From positions 26,182 through 90,181 of the forward strand of contig CAXXSP010000063.1 of NCBI GenBank assembly GCA_963676605.2: a stretch of DNA of 64,000 nucleotides, in the 5' to 3' direction. The translations under genes and the position numbers were made by a program. Within the stretch, counting starts at the first letter, position 1. Every line of letters starts with the position of its first letter. Below are positions 8,891-18,869 of the stretch, piece by piece. The notes under the pieces are model-generated. The model was not told where the DNA came from. It did no database searches and saw only the letters and a list, made by a program, of their open reading frames with translations. Origin of the DNA: Sphaerochaetaceae bacterium. Its GTDB lineage: Bacteria > Spirochaetota > Spirochaetia > Sphaerochaetales > Sphaerochaetaceae.

Positions 8891-9780
8891 CATAGCTTCT
8901 TTTTCTTTTTACCGAAAAGGCTCCGTATATAGAGACCTGCGCCGGCAAGAATGAAGGAGAAGGTGATGATATCAGCGAGAACCAGCGGTTCCCGATACAC
9001 GAACACCCCGAGGCAGAAGGCCATGACAGGAGTGATGAACTGGAGAAAACCGACACTCTTTGCAGGGATCAGGATTGCACCGCTGATATACAGGGTGAGA
9101 GGCACGAGGGTCGCGAGCCCGCTCCCGATTAGGAGCGCGGCGTTTCCCGGATCGCTGAAGGAACTTTCCCCCTCGATTCCCTGGTACACCAGGAAAACAA
9201 GGACAGCAGGCAGGAGAATGAGAGAGTCAATGAGTAGGGACTGGACACCGTCGAGGTGGATCTTCTTCTTGCACATCGTATAGAGAGAGAAAGAGAAGGC
9301 GATCGTAAGGGAGAGATAGGGTATCTGCCCGGCCTGGACCGTGGTGAACAGCACCCCTGCCCCGCTGAGAATCAGGGCGATTACCTGAAGAGGTCCCATC
9401 CGCTCTCCGAATAGAAGCAGACCGAGAAACACCGTAATGAGAGGAGCGATGAAATACCCCATACTCGCCTGAAGCAGGTGTCCGCTCGTAATCGCGTAGA
9501 CATACGAGAGCCAGTTCACTGCGAGAATGAGAGCACTCGCGATCAGCAGAACTGTATGATGCGTTCTGAATATTTCACGAATCAGTGAGATCGGGTTCTT
9601 CTTCTGTATCAGGAGAAAGAGGGCACTGAGTACCGCCGACCAGAGAATCCTGTGTATGAGCACCTCGAGTGACGGGACAGCACTGAGCAGTTTCCAGTAC
9701 ATCGGAAGAAATCCCCAGATAAGATACCCCGTAACGATCAGGAGGACGCCCCGTCCCGCTTCATCTCTCTGTTTTCTCAT
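8890..9780 (-). CDS. rarD: EamA-family transporter RarD
   Basis: GYLIWGFLPMYWK...EVLIHRILWS signature and 10 TM helices. The ATG at 9780 has an AGGAGG RBS 8 nt upstream; the longer track ORF is rejected. Confidence 0.85.
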   Translation of the reverse strand: MRKQRDEAGRGVLLIVTGYLIWGFLPMYWKLLSAVPSLEVLIHRILWSAVLSALFLLIQKKNPISLIREIFRTHHTVLLIASALILAVNWLSYVYAITSGHLLQASMGYFIAPLITVFLGLLLFGERMGPLQVIALILSGAGVLFTTVQAGQIPYLSLTIAFSFSLYTMCKKKIHLDGVQSLLIDSLILLPAVLVFLVYQGIEGESSFSDPGNAALLIGSGLATLVPLTLYISGAILIPAKSVGFLQFITPVMAFCLGVFVYREPLVLADIITFSFILAGAGLYIRSLFGKKKKKL

Positions 9781-9972
9781 CGAAGAATCCTCCTGCGTAA
9801 AAAAGCTTATCATGGAGAAACCCTGCTTATCAATAAGATCTCCGTATGAGCTTTCTGGAACCAATCCTTTCAGATCTCTCCTGCAGGACGATCAGAGTCA
9901 CCTATTTCTCCCTTTATTGCTTGCTACGGAGCCTGAAGCCCTGTACACTTCCTTCATACATCAGGGAGAAGG

Positions 9973-11307
9973 ATGGAACGCATCATGAGTACAAAGCTTT
10001 CGAGGAAGGTCACCTACGGGTTCGCAATAGGGGATCTGGGAGGGAATCTCTTTTTCACCCTGATCGGGTTCTACCTGCTGTTCTATCTTACCGATATTGT
10101 CAAACTCTCCCCTGCCCTTGCAGGCATCGTCCTCATGGTGGGAAAGATCTGGGATGCCGTCACCGACCCGGTGACCGGGTATCTCTCAGACAGAACGATC
10201 ACTCGCTACGGTCGGCGCCGTCCCTATATCTTTATCGGCTCCATCGCTGCATTCTTCCTCATGGGAATCATGTTCACTCCGGTACACCTTGCCTCACCTG
10301 TAACCCAGTTTCTCTACTTCGCACTCATGTATGCACTGCTCAACACAGCCTACACTCTGGTGAATATCCCCTACGCCGCGCTTCTTCCTGAGATCACCGA
10401 TGATTATGATCAGAGAACCGTACTCACCGGCTACCGGATGAGCTTTGCGGTCGTGGGAACCTTCGTGGGCGCCGGTGCGGTCCTTCCCCTTGTAGGAATT
10501 GCAGGTTGGGGAGGCATGGGCTACATCATGGGAGGTATCATGCTGGTCACAGCCATGATCACCGTATGGGGAGTGAAGGAACCTGTTCATTCAAAGGATG
10601 AAGAGCAGAAACCGTTCTTCAGGACCTACAGGGAAGCCCTGACGAACAGGGTATTCCTCCTCGCGATGATTCCCTGGGCACTGTTCATTACGGGAACGAC
10701 AATGGTTCAGGGATCTCTCGTCTACTTCTTTGCCTACATCCTACATGATGAAGGGCTCTTTCAGGCGGCGTTGATGCTTCTTCTGGCATTTTCTCTTGCC
10801 TGCATCCCTCTGTGGGTGAAGATATCGGAAAGAATCGGGAAGAAGGGAGCCTACGGTGCCGGGATGACGATCATGAGCGTGGCCGTCATGGTCTTTGCCT
10901 ATTTCGCAGACGCACTGGGAAGCGCAGGAGCTCTCGTCATCATGGCAGTGGCAGGTACAGGCCTCTCGACCCACTATGTGATGCCCCACGCGATCCTTCC
11001 GGATACCGTGGAGCACGATGCCGTTCATCACGGCGGACTCCGCCGTGAGGGAGTCTTCTCCTCCCTCTGGACCTTCTCCTCCAAGATCGGGCAGGCATTG
11101 GCTCTCGCCCTCAGCGGCTGGATACTTGCCCTGTTCTCCTACTCTCCGGATCAGGTGACTCCCCTTGCTGAGTCGGGAATCCGGCTGATTACAGGGCCGT
11201 TCCCTCTCCTGTTCTATGTCGTCGGGATCCTGATACTCAGACGCTACCCTATCGATAGGGAATATTACAACACCATGGTACTTGCGTATGCTGAAACGGA
11301 AGAATAG
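9973..11307 (+). CDS. glycoside-pentoside-hexuronide (GPH)/MFSD2-like MFS cation symporter
   Basis: N-terminal GPH signature YGFAIGDLGGNLFF...GKIWDAVTDPVTGYLSDRT...GRRRPY and 12 TM helices. The alternative ATG at 9985 is also possible. Confidence 0.85.
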   Translation: MERIMSTKLSRKVTYGFAIGDLGGNLFFTLIGFYLLFYLTDIVKLSPALAGIVLMVGKIWDAVTDPVTGYLSDRTITRYGRRRPYIFIGSIAAFFLMGIMFTPVHLASPVTQFLYFALMYALLNTAYTLVNIPYAALLPEITDDYDQRTVLTGYRMSFAVVGTFVGAGAVLPLVGIAGWGGMGYIMGGIMLVTAMITVWGVKEPVHSKDEEQKPFFRTYREALTNRVFLLAMIPWALFITGTTMVQGSLVYFFAYILHDEGLFQAALMLLLAFSLACIPLWVKISERIGKKGAYGAGMTIMSVAVMVFAYFADALGSAGALVIMAVAGTGLSTHYVMPHAILPDTVEHDAVHHGGLRREGVFSSLWTFSSKIGQALALALSGWILALFSYSPDQVTPLAESGIRLITGPFPLLFYVVGILILRRYPIDREYYNTMVLAYAETEE

Positions 11308-12586
11308 AGTCTGCCTGGAGAGTGTGAAGGAAGCCTTTCCGACCATGATAGGCACGCTCCGTCCCGCGGCACGGAGAATCGTGAGATTTCTCGGGCCTCA
11401 TTATCTGCGGCTGTTTGAAGGGATCCGTGATATACATTTCGAAGGAGAAGAACATTTCCGTCAGGCTCTGGAAGACTTCTACAGCGCTGATACCCGGCTT
11501 ATCATCACCTTCCGCCATGTCATGAAGGAGGATGCCCCCGCTCTCATGTATGCGTTCATGACAAGCAGAAAAATCGGGAAGGTGAAGCCTCATGCCCTGT
11601 TCATCTACGGCAAGGATGTTCTTCACTGGGCGGGAAAGAAGGCGGCACTCGTCTTCCCTCACCTCGGAACGATTCCGGTGGAAAACAGGACTCTGAATCA
11701 GGAATCACTGAAAGCACTCAAACATGCCGTGATCAGCGGAGCGCACCCTATCGCTCTCGCTCCGGAGAGCCAGGTCACCTATCATACCGGTCAGGTAGCC
11801 CCGATCTCGAACGGATCCGCCTTCATGGCTGAATGGGCGACGCGCGAGGGAAAGAAAGTCGCCATCCTCCCCGTTTCGCTCTATTACACCTACGGAAAAC
11901 CCGATGGAGAACTGCTTGATGAAATCTGTGAGAGGTGGGAGAGGGAGACGGGAATGAAACTGAAGGAGAATGCCGATAGTAAAGAGAGACTGATAGAGGC
12001 TACCGAGAAGACGCTGAGTATACTCACTGAAGAATTCCCCCTCACCTTCGCCCCCGATACTCCTCTGAGGGAACGCCTTGAAGGGATGTGTGAGAACGTG
12101 CTCGCTTCAGGAGAGTCGCTTGCGGGCATCAGGAAGCACGGAAGGATCATAGATAGAGTGTTCGTCCTTCGTCAGGCGGGAAATGATATCCTCTTCGATA
12201 AGGAACTGAAACAGAAAAGGAACTCTCCCCTGGCTTCGAGCCTCCTTGATATGAATGCCCTGAAGGGGCACCTCATTCTCCGTCATGAGAAGGTCGCGGA
12301 TATCCTGGAATATATCGATCCTGAGTATATCACTGACAGCTCAGATACCCATCGCCTGTGCGAATACGGTCTGAATCTCCTTGATCTCGTCAACAGGATG
12401 GCAGGAGGGACGATCGATACCCGCTTCTCCCCGAAAAGAAAGAGTGTATCCATTATGTTCGGTGAAATGGTGCCTCTCAAGGCTGAAAAAGGAGCGAAAA
12501 GAAAAGAGCAGACTGCACGGTTCTCGCAGGAAATCTATGAAGCCCTGCAGCGGGTATCAGAAGAGCATGAAGTAAAGAAACGGTAA
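11282..12586 (+). CDS. PlsC-type (HX4D) acyltransferase with a long C-terminal extension
   Basis: HX4D motif in FRHVMKEDAP, followed by IALAPESQVT (acyltransferase block III-like). About 220 extra C-terminal residues of unknown function. The track ORF overlaps the transporter gene by 26 nt; the start is uncertain. Confidence 0.65.
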   Translation: MRMLKRKNRVCLESVKEAFPTMIGTLRPAARRIVRFLGPHYLRLFEGIRDIHFEGEEHFRQALEDFYSADTRLIITFRHVMKEDAPALMYAFMTSRKIGKVKPHALFIYGKDVLHWAGKKAALVFPHLGTIPVENRTLNQESLKALKHAVISGAHPIALAPESQVTYHTGQVAPISNGSAFMAEWATREGKKVAILPVSLYYTYGKPDGELLDEICERWERETGMKLKENADSKERLIEATEKTLSILTEEFPLTFAPDTPLRERLEGMCENVLASGESLAGIRKHGRIIDRVFVLRQAGNDILFDKELKQKRNSPLASSLLDMNALKGHLILRHEKVADILEYIDPEYITDSSDTHRLCEYGLNLLDLVNRMAGGTIDTRFSPKRKSVSIMFGEMVPLKAEKGAKRKEQTARFSQEIYEALQRVSEEHEVKKR

Positions 12587-12840
12587 ACTTGTTCGTATCC
12601 GGGGCTTTTCCACTTGACGTAACTTCAGGATTTTTATAGGTTTGGCCTATCAAGAAACGCGGAGGTGCTTTTCTGGAATTCAGGTATGCAGGAGCAATAC
12701 TGACACAGTGGAATCAGAATCAGCTCAGGAAAGTCTTTTTCCTGATACTGGGAACGTTCGTCACCTACCTGCTCGCTTCGAGCTTTCAGAAGCTGTCCCT
12801 TTTCAACGTCGACAGCGCCCTGTACAGGGTCCTGACCCTC

Positions 12841-13365
12841 ATGGTCATTTCGATTCCCGTAGCCATCTTTCTCGCATCTCGCCTCTCCGGCGCCTTCTGC
12901 ACGCTGATACAGAAACCTTCAAAGACAGAATTTACCCGCATCACCCATGAAATCCTCTACCATGAGGAGTTCATGAGACTGAGGGACTTCTATCACCACT
13001 CCCACCACATCTACGATCATGTTGTGCGGGTAGCCTACCTCTCCTATGCTGCAGCGAAGCTTCTCGGACTCGATTATGTCTCTACCGCCCGCGGCGGTCT
13101 TCTTCATGACTTCTTCCTCTATGACTGGAGAGAGAAGAAGGCCTCAGACGAGAAGAGAAGCCAGCACGGGAAGGAACATCCTCTTATCGCCCTGGCGAAT
13201 GCACGTGAACACTTCAGCATCAACGAGAAAGAACATGATATCATCGTGAAGCATATGTTCCCCAAGGCTGGGTCTTTCTACCGCTACAGCGAATCCTTCA
13301 TCGTGAGCACGATGGATAAGGTCTCGGCGGTGTACGAGTACTTCCGCCACTTCAGGAAGAGCTGA
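12841..13365 (+). CDS. HD-domain phosphohydrolase
   Basis: H...HD metal motif (HSHHIYDHVVRVA...GGLLHDFF...KHMFP). The frame is open 201 nt further upstream (see findings). Confidence 0.75.
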   Translation: MVISIPVAIFLASRLSGAFCTLIQKPSKTEFTRITHEILYHEEFMRLRDFYHHSHHIYDHVVRVAYLSYAAAKLLGLDYVSTARGGLLHDFFLYDWREKKASDEKRSQHGKEHPLIALANAREHFSINEKEHDIIVKHMFPKAGSFYRYSESFIVSTMDKVSAVYEYFRHFRKS

Positions 13366-13460
13366 CTGAAATATTACGAATTCATATGTATTGACTCATC
13401 CTCTTTCCTCCTATAGCGTACTGATACGGGACTTTATCTATCAGACTCAGAGGAGACAGC

Positions 13461-14834
13461 ATGAAGCGACCTCACTTCGACAATTCGTTCATGGGAACGC
13501 AGTCCATCGGATCACTGCTGATCCGTCTCTCACTGCCTGCAATGGTGGGAATGTTCGTCAATGCACTGTATAACTTCGTCGACACGATCTTCGTCGGTCA
13601 GGGAGTCGGTCCCTATGCGATTGCAGCCCTTTCCATCGCATTTCCCTTCCAGATGCTGTTCGGGGCCTTCGCCCAGACCTTCGGGTATGGCGCAGCCTCC
13701 ATCATCAGCAGGAGACTCGGGGAGAAGAAACCTCAGGAGGCCGCCGATGCGGCAGGAAACGCCCTCATCGGAGCGTTCAGCATCACGCTCCTTTTGTCCC
13801 TCATCACCTACATCTTCCTGCGTCCGGTCATCCTCTTTTTCGGAGCCACTGAAGAGATTCTTCCCTATACCGAAGACTACATCAGAATCATCCTCTTCGG
13901 AATTCCCTTCCTGGCGATCAAGATGTGTTCCAACGGGATTTTGCGTTCAGAAGGACAGGCACAAGCTTCCATGGTCTTCATGATCATCGGAGCTGTGCTG
14001 AACTCCATCCTCGATCCCCTCTTCATATTCGCCTTCCATATGGGAATCCGGGGAGCAGCGCTCGCAACAATCATCTCACAGGCGACTGCTGTCCTCTTCA
14101 TCATCATATTCTTTACACAGGGAAAAAGCTCCCTGCCGCTCAGCATCGCCTCCTTCCGTCCACGCTTCTCTGTTCTGAATGATATCATCTCACTGGGAGT
14201 GGCCACCTTCCTTCGGCAGGCGGGAACAAGTTCCATGGCACTGCTGGTGAACAACCTTCTTAGACTCTATGGAAGCTCGCTCTCCATCGCAGCCTACGGC
14301 ATGATTATCCGCCTGACAGTCTTTGTCATGATGCCCATGTTCGGCCTCGTTCACGGGTTCCAGCCTATCGCAGGGTATAACTACGGAGCAAAGAATTTCG
14401 CCCGGGTCAGAGAAACTCTCTGGAAAAGCATACTCATGGCGACAGCCTTTGCCTCGCTCTGCTGGATCCTCATCATGGGGTTCCCCTCCACCATCCTCTC
14501 CATATTCACATCCGACCAGGAGCTTCTCACTCTCGCATCTCCTGCCCTGAGAACGGTGATGCTCGCCCTCCCGCTGGTCGGCGTTCAGATCATCGGCTCA
14601 ACCCTTTTTCAGGCAGTGGGAAAGAAGGGACCAGCCATCTTCCTCTCACTCTCAAGGCAGTTCATCGTACTGATTCCCCTCCTGTTCCTCCTCTCTTCCC
14701 TCTTCGGGTATCAGGGGATCTGGGTCAGCTTCCCGGTTGCAGATGCCCTCTCCAGCCTGATCACCCTCACCTGGGTATTCTGGGAACTGAAGAGCCTCTC
14801 GAAAAAAGCGGTCGCCAGCTCGATAATTGTCTAG
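13461..14834 (+). CDS. MATE family efflux transporter
   Basis: 12 TM helices with typical MATE N-terminus (LLIRLSLPAMVGMFVNALYNFVDTIFVGQGVG), 457 aa. Confidence 0.9.
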   Translation: MKRPHFDNSFMGTQSIGSLLIRLSLPAMVGMFVNALYNFVDTIFVGQGVGPYAIAALSIAFPFQMLFGAFAQTFGYGAASIISRRLGEKKPQEAADAAGNALIGAFSITLLLSLITYIFLRPVILFFGATEEILPYTEDYIRIILFGIPFLAIKMCSNGILRSEGQAQASMVFMIIGAVLNSILDPLFIFAFHMGIRGAALATIISQATAVLFIIIFFTQGKSSLPLSIASFRPRFSVLNDIISLGVATFLRQAGTSSMALLVNNLLRLYGSSLSIAAYGMIIRLTVFVMMPMFGLVHGFQPIAGYNYGAKNFARVRETLWKSILMATAFASLCWILIMGFPSTILSIFTSDQELLTLASPALRTVMLALPLVGVQIIGSTLFQAVGKKGPAIFLSLSRQFIVLIPLLFLLSSLFGYQGIWVSFPVADALSSLITLTWVFWELKSLSKKAVASSIIV

Positions 14835-14996
14835 AGCAGCTCTCCTGCCGGGGAGAATATACCTACGAAAGTGCATCTCTTTCCGTGAGGAAAAGAATTC
14901 AGAGAATGGTGAGAATTAATATTTTTGTTCATAATCAGTTAGAATCTGTGGTATAGTAGAGGGAGTACAAACAAAACATTTCTCAGGAGGAGCGAA

Positions 14997-15413
14997 ATGA
15001 AGAGATATTTTCTTGTAGCCGTTTTGATCGGGGCAGCACTGCTTTTCATCTCATGCAGCTCTACAGAGGCAATTGATCTGGTTGATCAGTTGCGTGTGGA
15101 ACAGGATCAGAAGATGGATGCACTCTCATCACAGATCGGTGAGAATGAGAAGATGATAGCGGATCTGGAGACAGAGCTCTCTCAACTGGAAAGGGGTGTG
15201 AGTGATCTCGAGACGGCACTCGTCGGACTGCAGAAGGAATTTGAATTCACCTACAATACCCTGAACGAATTCGTCTCCTACGCGGGTTATGAATCAAGTG
15301 AGGATTTTCTCACCCTCGGACGTGATATCGTGAATGTGAATGCGAAAATCAAGGAATTCAACGCCAGAATCGATTCGATCCAGGAGCTGATGAGATCATT
15401 CCTGGAAGAATAG
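14997..15413 (+). CDS. coiled-coil lipoprotein, unknown function
   Basis: Lipobox LFISC at the N-terminus. Heptad-rich sequence (LETELSQLERGVSDLETALVGLQKE). GGAGGAG RBS. Confidence 0.6.
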   Translation: MKRYFLVAVLIGAALLFISCSSTEAIDLVDQLRVEQDQKMDALSSQIGENEKMIADLETELSQLERGVSDLETALVGLQKEFEFTYNTLNEFVSYAGYESSEDFLTLGRDIVNVNAKIKEFNARIDSIQELMRSFLEE

Positions 15414-15454
15414 CTTCAGCTTCTTGATTTCATAAATATTAGAAAATAAACATT

Positions 15455-15497
15455 TCCCCTGCATACTTATACATTATAAGTCCTGTAGGGGATTTTT
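15455..15497 (+). terminator. rho-independent terminator
   Basis: TCCCCTGCA...TGTAGGGGA outer stem (9 bp including one G-U) with inner CTTATA/TATAAG stem, then TTTTT. Confidence 0.75.
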
Positions 15498-15561
15498 CTG
15501 TACAAATGAAATTTTCCTCGGTACACTGACAGTAACAACACAATACAAAGGAGAATATGTA

Positions 15562-16845
15562 ATGGAAAAGCTCTTTAAGCTCTCTGAACACAAGACGAAT
15601 GTGCGTACCGAAGTCCTTGCCGGTGTCACCACGTTTCTCACGATGGCGTACATCCTTATCGTCAACCCGCTGATTTTATCAGACGCAGGTATGGATTTCG
15701 GAGCAGTATTTACGGCAACCGCCCTTTCAGCGGCGATTGCGACCCTTGTGATGGCCCTGTGGGCAAACCTTCCCTTCGCTCTTGCTCCCGGAATGGGACT
15801 GAACGCATTCTTCGCCTATACCGTCGTCCTCACTATGGGATATTCCTGGCAGCAGGCTCTAACAGCGGTATTCATCGAAGGTATCATCTTCATCCTCCTC
15901 ACCTACTTCAATATCCGTGAAGCTATCGTCAATTCGATCCCTGCGAATATGAAGAAAGCAATCAGCGTCGGTATCGGACTGTTCATCGCCTTCATCGGTC
16001 TGCAGAACTCGGGAATCGTCGTAGACGGTGCAACCCTCGTGCAGCTCGGAGATGTCACACACGGAACAGCTCTTGTCGCGCTGATCGGTCTTGTACTCAC
16101 CGGCGTTCTCGTCGCATTCAAGATTCGTGGAGCTCTCCTACTCGGTATCGTTGGTACCACGATCATCGGAATCCCCTTCGGCGTCACCAGCTGGGCAGGA
16201 GGATCCTTCCTTCCCCCGTCAATCAAACCGACCTTCTTCGTCTTTGATTTCTCCAGTCTGTTTACTGTAGACATGCTGATCATCGTCTTCACCTTCCTCT
16301 TTGTCGATATGTTCGACACAGTCGGAACCCTTATCGGATGTGCCACTAAAGCAGATCTGGTCAAAAAAGACGGAACAATCACGAATGTAAAACAGGCTCT
16401 GTTCGCAGATGCAATCGGAACCACCGTCGGAGCCATGCTCGGAACAAGTACCGTAACCACCTATGTCGAATCCTCCTCCGGTATCTCGGAAGGCGGAAAG
16501 ACAGGACTCACTGCACTGACAGTCTCCGCACTGTTCATCGTGTCTCTCTTCCTTTCACCTCTGTTCATCTCTGTTCCCGGTGCAGCGACCGCTCCAGCTC
16601 TCATCCTTGTCGGACTGTTCATGATCTCACCGGTCAAGGATATCGACTTTGACGAAGCTACCGAAGCAATTCCTGCATTCCTGACCATCCTGTTCATGGT
16701 TACCACCTATTCAATAGCGAACGGTATCATGTACGGAGCACTCAGCTGGATTCTTCTCAAGCTTTTCACCAAGAAGGCGAAAGACATCAGCTACACGATG
16801 GTTATCATTGCAGTACTGCTCGTACTGAAACTGATTCTCGGCTGA
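15562..16845 (+). CDS. NCS2/AzgA-type purine (adenine/guanine/hypoxanthine) permease
   Basis: N-terminal signature FKLSEHKTNVRTEVLAGVTTFLTMAYILIVNP, 427 aa, polytopic. Confidence 0.9.
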   Translation: MEKLFKLSEHKTNVRTEVLAGVTTFLTMAYILIVNPLILSDAGMDFGAVFTATALSAAIATLVMALWANLPFALAPGMGLNAFFAYTVVLTMGYSWQQALTAVFIEGIIFILLTYFNIREAIVNSIPANMKKAISVGIGLFIAFIGLQNSGIVVDGATLVQLGDVTHGTALVALIGLVLTGVLVAFKIRGALLLGIVGTTIIGIPFGVTSWAGGSFLPPSIKPTFFVFDFSSLFTVDMLIIVFTFLFVDMFDTVGTLIGCATKADLVKKDGTITNVKQALFADAIGTTVGAMLGTSTVTTYVESSSGISEGGKTGLTALTVSALFIVSLFLSPLFISVPGAATAPALILVGLFMISPVKDIDFDEATEAIPAFLTILFMVTTYSIANGIMYGALSWILLKLFTKKAKDISYTMVIIAVLLVLKLILG

Positions 16846-16865
16846 TTCGGATCAAGCTGTTTTCC

Positions 16866-16896
16866 AGAGAGCCGGTATTCCGGCTCTCTTTTTATT
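16866..16896 (+). terminator. rho-independent terminator
   Basis: AGAGAGCCGG-TATT-CCGGCTCTCT perfect 10-bp stem followed by TTTTATT. Confidence 0.8.
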
Positions 16897-16964
16897 GCCG
16901 TTTCGCCCTGGTGCATGTATGTTTGAGGTACGTGGTACCACGATCCTGTACGAGAGGGAGGCAG

Positions 16965-17957
16965 ATGAAATCACGATCCATGAAACGGGAGATACTCATT
17001 TTCATGATCACCTGTCTCTTTTCGCTCCTGTACGGGCAGGGAACCGCAGATATACAGGAGTCAGCCATGAAACACGACTTTGAACACCTTTATCCCTATA
17101 CACCGCTTGATGATTCTCTCAGGAAGGAACTGAGCACAGAAGAAGCCTATGTGCTACTGAACAAGGGAACGGATCGTCCCTTCCGGGGCGAGTATACCGA
17201 CCTTGAGAAGAAAGGGACCTACTACTGTAGACAGTGCGATGCACCGCTGTATGTAAGCGATGCCAAGTTCCACAGCGGATGCGGGTGGCCTTCCTTCGAT
17301 GATGAGATCGACGGAGCTGTGCTCCGTATTCCCGATGGCGACGGTATGAGGACAGAGATCGTCTGTGCCGCCTGCGGCGGACATCTCGGTCATGTCTTTT
17401 TGAATGAGGGCTTCACAGATACCCAGACCCGTCACTGCGTGAATTCCACCTCTCTCGTCTTCAGGGAGGGAGCTCCTGAGGCGACTGCGGTCTTTGCGGG
17501 CGGATGCTTCTGGGGAGTTGAGCACCTGATGGCTGCTCTTGAGGGAGTGAGTGATGTGGTCAGCGGCTACACCGGAGGGCATCTGGAGCATCCAAGTTAC
17601 CAGGACGTACTGACTCATACAAGCGGTCACCTTGAGGCAGTGAGAGTCAGATATAACCCCACCCTTGTCAGCTATGAAGAGCTTGCGAAGTATTTTCTTG
17701 AGATTCATGACCCGACACAGAAGGACGGGCAGGGACCCGATAGAGGAAATCAGTACCTTTCTGCTTTGTTCTACAGTTCAAGAAGTGAATACGAAACGGC
17801 CATCACACTTCTCACGATCCTTGAAGACAAGGGATATGATATAGCCACGAAGATTCTACCGAGAGCCGTGTTCTGGGATGCCGAGGATTATCATCAGGAT
17901 TATTACGAGAAGAAAGGAAGCGAACCCTACTGCCATGCCTGGACGAAACGGTTCTGA
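16965..17957 (+). CDS. msrAB: exported bifunctional methionine sulfoxide reductase MsrB-MsrA
   Basis: Signal peptide, then MsrB motifs (CRQCDAPLY...GCGWPSF...RHCVNS), then MsrA GGCFWGVEH. The ATG at 16965 follows a GAGGGAGG RBS. Confidence 0.9.
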   Translation: MKSRSMKREILIFMITCLFSLLYGQGTADIQESAMKHDFEHLYPYTPLDDSLRKELSTEEAYVLLNKGTDRPFRGEYTDLEKKGTYYCRQCDAPLYVSDAKFHSGCGWPSFDDEIDGAVLRIPDGDGMRTEIVCAACGGHLGHVFLNEGFTDTQTRHCVNSTSLVFREGAPEATAVFAGGCFWGVEHLMAALEGVSDVVSGYTGGHLEHPSYQDVLTHTSGHLEAVRVRYNPTLVSYEELAKYFLEIHDPTQKDGQGPDRGNQYLSALFYSSRSEYETAITLLTILEDKGYDIATKILPRAVFWDAEDYHQDYYEKKGSEPYCHAWTKRF

Positions 17958-17965
17958 CCGCGGTT

Positions 17966-18775
17966 TTACTTCATCCAGTTTTCCCACTCTCCCAGAGCGA
18001 CATCGGAGGAAAGGATGAAACTTGTAACGAGGTAGGAACCTTTTGTCACCTTCCCGGCTACCAGGTCATCACTGAAGACGAGATCTAGATGACCGAATTC
18101 GCACATCACAGTGGCGACGTTGAAGTGTTCCCCAACCCCTATCCCTTTCACTTTTTTCACACCAAGAACCTTCGAGGCAAGAAGCAGGAGATCCACATGC
18201 TCGACATGTTGTTTCTCCTCCTCTTTCAGGTCAGGGTCGTGTGCGAGCATGAAGTTGATCGGGAGTATTTTGGTATCAGGGACAAGAACCGGCCAGGGTG
18301 AGGCTGAGGGTTCATCGGTGAAGCGCTTCTCAAAATCTTCCCGGGTCTGATGGACTTCGAGCTGAATCGGGAATCCTGCAACCTGAACATCGATACCCTC
18401 TCCTTCTGCTATCTCCGGCAGGACTGCAGCGTTCACGATATGGGAGACGGCCACAGCTGACTGGTCAGAGTTCGTAAATGCGATCAGGGCTGAAAGAGGA
18501 TCAGCTCCTTCAGGAGTCGCATTGAAGAAAGGCTGCACCTTCCAGATACATGAACCGTGGTAGTGAGTATCGGTTCCCAGTATCTTCATCTCCTCCCCAT
18601 GAGGAATTCCACGGAAGATAAACTGAATCCGGTTATCCAGCTCCCTCACCATGTAGAATGCTCCATGTGCCTCCTTCCATCGTGCGCCGTTATAGAGCTC
18701 AAGCATCCTGTCGTTATCGAGCGATCCATCGGTCAGCATACTTCCCATTGAGAAATTACGAATGAATATAGGCAT
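17966..18775 (-). CDS. hypothetical protein (no recognised domain)
   Basis: Long uninterrupted ORF with ordinary composition. The ATG at 18775 has CAGGAG 9 nt upstream. Confidence 0.5.
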   Translation of the reverse strand: MPIFIRNFSMGSMLTDGSLDNDRMLELYNGARWKEAHGAFYMVRELDNRIQFIFRGIPHGEEMKILGTDTHYHGSCIWKVQPFFNATPEGADPLSALIAFTNSDQSAVAVSHIVNAAVLPEIAEGEGIDVQVAGFPIQLEVHQTREDFEKRFTDEPSASPWPVLVPDTKILPINFMLAHDPDLKEEEKQHVEHVDLLLLASKVLGVKKVKGIGVGEHFNVATVMCEFGHLDLVFSDDLVAGKVTKGSYLVTSFILSSDVALGEWENWMK

Positions 18776-18869
18776 TATGAACACTCCTGTCTTTCACTCT
18801 ATCAGAGGGAGGGTCGGGATGAAAGGGGACTTGAGCAATCTTCTCATTATTTATTACTATTACAGGGCG

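Noticed and set aside
15498-15561. Possible purine riboswitch in front of the NCS2 purine permease
   Set aside because: Only about 64 nt remain between the upstream terminator and the start codon. The conserved purine-riboswitch cores (UAUAAU...AUAUGG...GUUUCUACC...CCGUAAA...GACUA) are absent. The nearby hairpin is the terminator of the preceding gene.
18785-18869. Possible yybP-ykoY (Mn) riboswitch upstream of mntP, suggested by GAAAGGGGAC
   Set aside because: It matches only the first few bases of the AAAGGGGAGUAG core. There is no GACAUA-type second conserved loop and no closing CCUUU. About 45 nt remain before the ATG, too short for the ~100-nt element.
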